Position numbers and translations under genes: made by a program. The notes below the pieces were generated by a model that made no database searches, was not told the origin of the DNA, and worked only from the letters and a program-made list of their open reading frames with translations. From a virus (taxonomy: Duplodnaviria > Heunggongvirae > Uroviricota > Caudoviricetes): 43,044 nucleotides of DNA. The stretch covers positions 1 to 43,044 of IMG/VR virus record IMGVR_UViG_2711768052_000001; one strand, written 5' to 3'. Position 1 is the stretch's first letter, and each line of letters starts with the position of its first letter. Positions 38,215 through 43,044 of the stretch are shown in pieces.

Positions 38215-38379
38215 ATGAGAGGACTTGCATACAATCCCGGCATTCTTCCGGCAGAAATGATTATTCGCCAACGCGTAAAGCCAATGCCATCGAGAGAGGA
38301 ATTGCTTAAGAGAAAGAGTTTCGGTTCTGTTAATGACAACAAATATCTGAATGCGATGTGGCGGAGTGGGAAGAAATGA
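38215..38379 (+). CDS. Hypothetical small protein (54 aa)
   Basis: GAGGAA SD; ATGA overlap with the downstream gene. Confidence 0.4.
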   Translation: MRGLAYNPGILPAEMIIRQRVKPMPSREELLKRKSFGSVNDNKYLNAMWRSGKK

Positions 38380-39023
38380 AACAAATGACACTAATTGAGA
38401 TGGATGGATTTCTGAAAGGTAAATGCATCCCACGAGATTTAAAGGTTAACGAAACAAACGCTGAATATCTGGTGCGTAAGTTCGGTGAACTTGAATCAAA
38501 ACTAGAAACGGCGTTGCGGGAGTGTCGTTCTGCTGGAATCACGATTGATAACCTTGATGCCAAGTGCGCGGCGCTGGCAGCGGAGAGTGCGGTGATGAAG
38601 GCGGGACATTCATATTTCTCATATGGCTCTGAGCATAATTTCGAATGGCACAAAACTGCTGAGGAAGCTATCGAATCGGCTGAGGCTGCAATCGACGACT
38701 ATCGCGGTGATGCTTGCGATGGATGGAGCGAAGAGGTCGATAGTATTTGCTGGGGAATCATCATGCAATCGTCAACGAAGGTTGGCGAACGACCACGCAA
38801 CGAGGATGACTGTTGTGATCCTGCGATCGATACGATTTGCGATTATGCGCTTCTACCTAATATCGAAACCCCAGCCACCGACACTTTTCTGGCTGAAGTA
38901 CGTGCGCAGGGTGTGGAGATGGCTATGGAGCATATGCAGTCGAGCGGTTCGTTAACATTTGGAGATTGCTACATATCACTTAACGAGTTCGCCGCAGAGC
39001 TTCGCAAAGGAGGTAACCAGTGA
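38376..39023 (+). CDS. Hypothetical acidic protein (215 aa)
   Basis: ORF 38358..39023 trimmed to the Met that overlaps the upstream stop. Confidence 0.6.
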   Translation: MKQMTLIEMDGFLKGKCIPRDLKVNETNAEYLVRKFGELESKLETALRECRSAGITIDNLDAKCAALAAESAVMKAGHSYFSYGSEHNFEWHKTAEEAIESAEAAIDDYRGDACDGWSEEVDSICWGIIMQSSTKVGERPRNEDDCCDPAIDTICDYALLPNIETPATDTFLAEVRAQGVEMAMEHMQSSGSLTFGDCYISLNEFAAELRKGGNQ

Positions 39024-39757
39024 GCAAGATTGACTATCAAAAGCTTCGTGAAATCGCTGAAAAAACAAAAATTGCTGGTGAAGCACCTGTAATGCCTTTC
39101 GATCAGCGAATTAATGCGCTTAACGATTTTATGAAGCACTTTTCGCCAGATATCGCGCTGGCATTGTTGGATGAATGGGAAAGAAACCAGCAATACATAA
39201 AACGCCGCGATCAGGAGAACGAGGATATTGCGCTAACGGTAGGGAAGCTGCGCGTTGAGCTGGAAGGCAAAGACAGCAAAATAGCCAATCTTACCGCCGA
39301 ACGCGATGCTCTTCGTGAAGGTGAGATGGGCGACGCTAGGCATAGCAACACACGGGCCGCAGCTGATATCTACTTCCAACTGGTCGAGGAGTGCGAAATT
39401 CCTGCTGGCGGTTCTCTGGTCGAGTACGTTGACGATATGCGCGAGAAGCTGGAAGCCGCAGAGAAGCGCATTGCAGAACTGGAAAGCAACGAAGTCCGTG
39501 AAGTCGGAAATCAGTTTCTTGTTGTTCGCCATCCTGGGAAAACTCCTGTCATCAAGCACTGCACTGGTGACCTGGAAGAGTTTCTGCGGAAGTTAATCGA
39601 ACAAGACCCGTTAGTAACTATCGACATCATTACGCATCGCTATTACGGGATTGGCGGTCAATGGGTTCAGGATGCAGTTGAGTATCTGCATATGATGTCT
39701 GACGCTGGCATTCGCATCAAAGGAGACGCAGGAGAACAAAACGATGAAAAACCGTAA
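39020..39757 (+). CDS. Hypothetical protein (245 aa) with central coiled coil
   Basis: GTGA start/stop overlap with the upstream gene; the start could instead be an internal Met. Confidence 0.6.
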   Translation: MSKIDYQKLREIAEKTKIAGEAPVMPFDQRINALNDFMKHFSPDIALALLDEWERNQQYIKRRDQENEDIALTVGKLRVELEGKDSKIANLTAERDALREGEMGDARHSNTRAAADIYFQLVEECEIPAGGSLVEYVDDMREKLEAAEKRIAELESNEVREVGNQFLVVRHPGKTPVIKHCTGDLEEFLRKLIEQDPLVTIDIITHRYYGIGGQWVQDAVEYLHMMSDAGIRIKGDAGEQNDEKP

Positions 39758-39920
39758 AGCAAAATTACTTCTTTTATCGCGTTCGACGGGGTACGAGAAG
39801 CTACCAATCAGCAATCACAAACGGGCGGTGATCGGCATGTTTGGTAGGGTGGTATTCGCATTTAACTATAAACCCACCGCGTCGCGGAACAGACGAGAGA
39901 AGGGGTACGCAGTGCGATGA
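39744..39920 (+). CDS. Small very basic protein (58 aa), paralogue of the next gene
   Basis: Hand-translated MKNRKAKLLLLSRSTGYEKLPISNHKRAVIGMFGRVVFAFNYKPTASRNRREKGYAVR; the first 23 nt are repeated at the start of the next ORF. Confidence 0.4.
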   Translation: MKNRKAKLLLLSRSTGYEKLPISNHKRAVIGMFGRVVFAFNYKPTASRNRREKGYAVR

Positions 39921-40108
39921 AAAACCGTAAGGCAAAGATGCTGATAGCAAAGCCCGGGCAGCGTATCCGTATCTCAAATCGGCTTGTTATTTACTATAGA
40001 TATCTGGGTTTTAGGGGGTGTTCCTCTATTCGTTTTTACGGTGTCTGGCGGAGCAGAAGCGCGGCGCAAAACCGCTGGAAAAACCACTTGCGCACTAAAG
40101 GAGAGTGA
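39917..40108 (+). CDS. Small very basic protein (63 aa), paralogue of the preceding gene
   Basis: MKNRKAKMLIAKPGQRIRISNRLVIYYRYLGFRGCSSIRFYGVWRSRSAAQNRWKNHLRTKGE; ATG overlaps the previous stop. Confidence 0.45.
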   Translation: MKNRKAKMLIAKPGQRIRISNRLVIYYRYLGFRGCSSIRFYGVWRSRSAAQNRWKNHLRTKGE

Positions 40109-40327
40109 GGTGCCTACACTATTCAGGAAAACTATCCGCGAAAGAGTAGAGCAATAGAATTGCTGTTTATCATTCTGTTTTTCGTGTTGCTGATACCAAT
40201 ATCCTCAATATTAGTGACTGTTCTAGTGGGGAAAGCATTTGAACCGTTAGTTGACCTGTATATCGATATAGTGTGTAAACCATTCGGGGCACTACACAAT
40301 AAAATTAACCCATACAAGGAAACTGAT

Positions 40328-40564
40328 ATGGCAACTTTGACAAAAGAAGAGAGTTTTACCAAAAAACAAATCGCCGAGGCAAAAATCCTCGACAATAACG
40401 GAACATACTTTATCAACGGCTCCATCCTTCCTGTTTATATCAATGAAAATGGCGACACTTACCTTATTGAAGAGTACGAAAAAGGCAAGCCGAGCGAACA
40501 CCTCATTAAAGACTTATTCGCCGACGGCGTTCTTGTTGCTGTTAATCCGATTGGCTACAACTAA
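40328..40564 (+). CDS. Hypothetical protein (78 aa)
   Basis: AAGGAAA SD at Met57 of ORF 40160..40564; the hydrophobic N-terminal extension starts at TTG without SD in an AT-rich tract. Confidence 0.5.
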   Translation: MATLTKEESFTKKQIAEAKILDNNGTYFINGSILPVYINENGDTYLIEEYEKGKPSEHLIKDLFADGVLVAVNPIGYN

Positions 40565-40574
40565 AGCATAAATT

Positions 40575-41087
40575 ATGACCAGTATTACCAGAGAACAGGC
40601 CAAGAAAATTATTGAAGCTGCCGATGAGGTTATTAGTGCGCTTGCCGGAACTAACGAGGATGTTCACCCTGGTAGCGATAACATGCTACGTCTGTGGGAT
40701 GACCTGAATGACCGTTACGCGCCGCCGGAAGTTGTGCGTGAGCTGGCGCGTATCGTGCTGGCATCGCTGGAAGCGGAGCCTGTAGCGTGGCGATATCGCT
40801 ACGTGAAAAAAGGCGTTACGGACTCTCAGGGGGAGCCGTGGGTTGGTGACTGGAAATATGTACCGACAACAGAGGATTGCAACGACAGGCCGAGCTATGA
40901 GATTCAGGCCTTATTCACTGCCCCGCCAGTCCCGGTGACATCAGAAGGACTGGTTAAAGCCGTGCGTTTCTATGAACAAGTTAAGCGTGAAAATCCGCCA
41001 GTCGAAACCGGAGCATGGAAAGACGCGATTGACTGGGTGCTCAAAGAGGCCTGCCAGGCTGTAAACACTGGCATCAAAGGAGACTGA
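40575..41087 (+). CDS. Hypothetical protein (170 aa) sharing an ASLEAEPVAW...TAPPV motif with ORF 41295..41912
   Basis: ORF; no obvious SD. Confidence 0.55.
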   Translation: MTSITREQAKKIIEAADEVISALAGTNEDVHPGSDNMLRLWDDLNDRYAPPEVVRELARIVLASLEAEPVAWRYRYVKKGVTDSQGEPWVGDWKYVPTTEDCNDRPSYEIQALFTAPPVPVTSEGLVKAVRFYEQVKRENPPVETGAWKDAIDWVLKEACQAVNTGIKGD

Positions 41088-41088
41088 T

Positions 41089-41298
41089 ATGGCTATTGCC
41101 GCAAGTTACACCATGCATCTCTATTGTGATTGCCTCCAGTGTACAGATGGCAAATATAAGTCGCCAGACTTCGGTGAGTATATCGGTACGTCATGGGCTG
41201 GCTGTGCAAAAGAGGCGCGCAAGGATGGCTGGCGAATAAGCAAAGACAAAACGCGTGCTTTTGCGCCCGGGCATAAAGTTTTGAGGATTAACAAATGA
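41089..41298 (+). CDS. Hypothetical Cys-rich protein (69 aa)
   Basis: AAGGAG SD; CDC..C cysteine cluster. Confidence 0.5.
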   Translation: MAIAASYTMHLYCDCLQCTDGKYKSPDFGEYIGTSWAGCAKEARKDGWRISKDKTRAFAPGHKVLRINK

Positions 41299-41912
41299 CC
41301 ACTTTAACCGACAAAGAACTGATTAAAGAAATCAAAGAGCGAATCGGCAGCCTGGACGTGCGAGACGATATTGAGCGCCGTGCTTATGAAATCGCACTGG
41401 CATCGCTGGAAGCAGAGCCAGTGGCGTGGAAGACAACTTTCACGCAAATTGGCCATGAATGTAATACGTACACCGTTACGTATTTTGACAAAGCAGAAGC
41501 TGAGCGGTGGGTACATATTCATAATATAACAGGTGAGTTTCGTGCTGAAGTGGTGCTATTTTATACAGCCCCACCCGTGTCAATTGTGCAATTGCCGTTT
41601 GAGCAATGGCTGGAACAGCAGCGCGAAAAAATCGAGGTTGATTGCGGATGCGTGAGCACTGAAACGCTCATGCACTGGATGAGGATGGCGTATGAGGCGG
41701 GCGACTCTCCGGTAACTCCGGATGGTTGGATAAGCTGTAGTGAGCGAATGCCGGATAAGTTAATTCCGGTAATGGTCATGTATGAAGACGGTGAGATGTG
41801 GTCTGCAATGTGGAATGGCAATCGCTGGGATGATGGCACCGAATATCCGGATCCGCACTCAGTTACGCACTGGCGTGAAATGCCAGCAGCACCGCAGCAG
41901 GAGGTGAAGTGA
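41295..41912 (+). CDS. Hypothetical protein (205 aa) with a C-terminal DUF551-like region
   Basis: C-terminal W...P...VTHWREMP pattern resembles the phage DUF551 family as recalled; N-terminus paralogous to ORF 40575..41087. Confidence 0.6.
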   Translation: MTTLTDKELIKEIKERIGSLDVRDDIERRAYEIALASLEAEPVAWKTTFTQIGHECNTYTVTYFDKAEAERWVHIHNITGEFRAEVVLFYTAPPVSIVQLPFEQWLEQQREKIEVDCGCVSTETLMHWMRMAYEAGDSPVTPDGWISCSERMPDKLIPVMVMYEDGEMWSAMWNGNRWDDGTEYPDPHSVTHWREMPAAPQQEVK

Positions 41913-42403
41913 TGGACTCCTTCGCGAAATATACGATTATTGACTGGATAGCATTCCTTCAGGTTTTGCTCATCTGGTTTTATATGGCTTACAGGAGTGG
42001 GCAGTGGATTGTCAGTGTAGCCTGTAGCAAGGGATGGCGTTGGTGGAACCGAAAGAATAAAAAAGCGCTGGCCTTGGATTCGTTTTACGAAGCATTCAAT
42101 CTTAACAGCCTTCAGCCTGGTTCTGTCATTGTAGTCACCACTCAAAGCGGCATGACCATTCAGATTCATAAACCAAAAGAGGAAAAATTATGTGGCCTAT
42201 ATGTGTTAATTGCGGACGGATGTGCCTATCTGGATGGTGCCGAAAGTGCGACAAATGCACGAAGAAAAGACAATAACAATCCTCGCACTCGCGGGGATTT
42301 CTTTTATCTGAACTCGCTACGGCGGGTTTTGTTTTATGGAGATGATTATGGTCTGTTCAACATTCAACCCTCTAACGTTACAGAAATACCAGCCAGACCC
42401 TGA
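41912..42403 (+). CDS. Hypothetical protein (163 aa) with N-terminal hydrophobic segment
   Basis: AGGAGGTGA SD; overlaps alternative-frame ORFs in its 3' half (see findings). Confidence 0.45.
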   Translation: MDSFAKYTIIDWIAFLQVLLIWFYMAYRSGQWIVSVACSKGWRWWNRKNKKALALDSFYEAFNLNSLQPGSVIVVTTQSGMTIQIHKPKEEKLCGLYVLIADGCAYLDGAESATNARRKDNNNPRTRGDFFYLNSLRRVLFYGDDYGLFNIQPSNVTEIPARP

Positions 42404-42647
42404 AGATTTATGCTCACTGTGTGGCGGAAATCATGGTAAAGCCGCCATGATTGAATGTAAGGACAAAATCCACATTTGCCTTAATTGCGTTGATGTCCTC
42501 GTTGATATCAAAAATGAGAGAGAAGATAAAAAGCGTAGCGAGACTGTTCGCGCCTTAGATTCATGGATGCGAGATGGGTATAGTGCTGCGCAAATTTATG
42601 ACTTAGCAATATCAAAAGGCGAAATACCAGGATTGCGCATCGAATAA
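42348..42647 (+). CDS. Hypothetical protein (99 aa) with two CxxC pairs (possible zinc ribbon)
   Basis: ORF 42336..42647 trimmed to Met5 (GGAG 6 nt upstream); CSLCGG...CLNCVD. Confidence 0.45.
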   Translation: MVCSTFNPLTLQKYQPDPEDLCSLCGGNHGKAAMIECKDKIHICLNCVDVLVDIKNEREDKKRSETVRALDSWMRDGYSAAQIYDLAISKGEIPGLRIE

Positions 42648-42688
42648 GACGTAACCAATATTCGAATTGAAGAAATGAAAGAACACCA

Positions 42689-42714
42689 AGCCGCCTGATG
42701 GCGGTTTTTTATTG
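42689..42714 (+). terminator. Rho-independent terminator at the end of the PL-operon accessory genes
   Basis: gccgcc-tgat-ggcgg hairpin followed by ttttttatt. Confidence 0.6.
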
Positions 42715-42720
42715 CCTGAT

Positions 42721-42736
42721 TTGCAGGTTCGATTCC
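42721..42736. other. 16-nt tRNA-Arg T-arm-like sequence (ttgcaggttcgattcc) inside the prophage, about 300 bp from attR
   Basis: Matches the T-arm portion of the argW-type 3' end immediately 5' of the att core, but is followed by unrelated sequence. Confidence 0.3.
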
Positions 42737-42755
42737 CTATTCGGAGATAGCACTC

Positions 42756-42956
42756 ATGCAACACGAACTACAACCTGATTCACTGGTTGATTTGAAATTC
42801 ATCATGGCCGATACTGGCTTCGGTAAAACCTTCATTTATGACCGGATTAAGTCCGGCGACCTGCCTAAAGCCAAAGTTATCCACGGGCGAGCAAGATGGT
42901 TATATCGTGACCATTGTGAATTCAAAAATAAGCTCTTAAGCCGCGCCAATGGGTAA
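42756..42956 (+). CDS. alpA: AlpA-family transcriptional regulator / excisionase-like protein (66 aa)
   Basis: ...IMADTGFGKTFIYDRIKSGDLPKAKVIHGRARWL: phage AlpA-type HTH; last gene before attR, upstream of int across the att junction. Confidence 0.8.
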   Translation: MQHELQPDSLVDLKFIMADTGFGKTFIYDRIKSGDLPKAKVIHGRARWLYRDHCEFKNKLLSRANG

Positions 42957-42971
42957 AATAGCGGGTAAAAT
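42951..42971. promoter_or_regulatory. Candidate arm-type recombinase binding repeats (2 x GGGTAAAAT) next to attR
   Basis: Tandem gggtaaaat copies; the same motif occurs at 128..176 near attL. Confidence 0.3.
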
Positions 42972-43029
42972 ATTTCTCACACCTAAAAAACACCATTCCA
43001 ATCAATCCCCTGCCGCTTCAAGTAGATGT

Positions 43030-43044
43030 CTGCAGGGGACACCA
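43030..43044. repeat. att core copy (right), ctgcaggggacacca
   Basis: Exact direct repeat of 1..15; preceded by non-tRNA (phage) sequence, so this is the phage-proximal junction. Confidence 0.8.

Larger units (their letters stand above)
1..43044. mobile_element. Integrated mosaic lambdoid prophage (P22/Sf6-type podovirus structural module with lambda-type regulatory, nin and lysis modules) at a tRNA-Arg-type att site
   Basis: Identical 15-mer at both window ends; integrase at left end and AlpA/Xis-like gene at right end; contiguous structural, lysis, replication and immunity modules between them. Confidence 0.85.

Noticed and set aside
40160-40327. Hydrophobic N-terminal extension of ORF 40160..40564 (TTG start)
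   Set aside because: Non-ATG start without SD in an AT-rich tract; the ATG at 40328 with an AAGGAAA SD is preferred, though a membrane-anchored long form cannot be excluded

Overview
The window is one integrated, apparently complete mosaic lambdoid prophage (about 43 kb). It is bounded by an identical 15-bp direct repeat (ctgcaggggacacca at 1..15 and 43030..43044) that matches, from memory, the 3' end of an argW-type tRNA-Arg gene, i.e. the att core. Layout left to right: IntS-type tyrosine integrase (+); P22-type tailspike (-); an immI-like module with two Mnt-like repressors, Arc and a split Bro-N/KilAC antirepressor; a small moron cluster; a P22/Sf6-type podovirus morphogenesis block on the minus strand (ejection proteins, tail needle, coat, scaffold, portal, large and small terminase); small late-region genes; a lambda-type lysis cassette (Rz/Rz1, R, S); a lambda-type late control region (pR', short terminator, Q); nin genes; DnaB-type helicase and O-like initiator with internal iterons; cII, nutR, cro, a chimeric cI, PL/nutL, N; then a rightward PL operon (cIII-like, Kil-like, Erf, SSB, many small hypotheticals) ending in an AlpA/Xis-like gene next to attR. 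Several proteins (S, R, Q, cII, N, NinE/F/G/H/I, cI C-terminal domain) look near-identical to phage lambda, and the terminases, coat and tailspike N-terminus look Sf6/P22-like; these are recognitions from memory, not searches. No rRNA, CRISPR array or intact tRNA gene was found. I could not identify a clear multi-gene defence system. The most unusual loci are: an insertion with tRNA-like fragments and inverted-repeat elements between Q and S; a divergent/convergent moron cluster (HExxH protein, membrane peptide, KGG-like peptide) at the sieA-equivalent position; tandem small basic paralogues in the PL operon; and a conserved hairpin element repeated after consecutive late-region genes. Coordinates of CDS are derived from the supplied ORF track with start-codon adjustment; coordinates of short DNA motifs are hand-indexed and may be off by a few bases.
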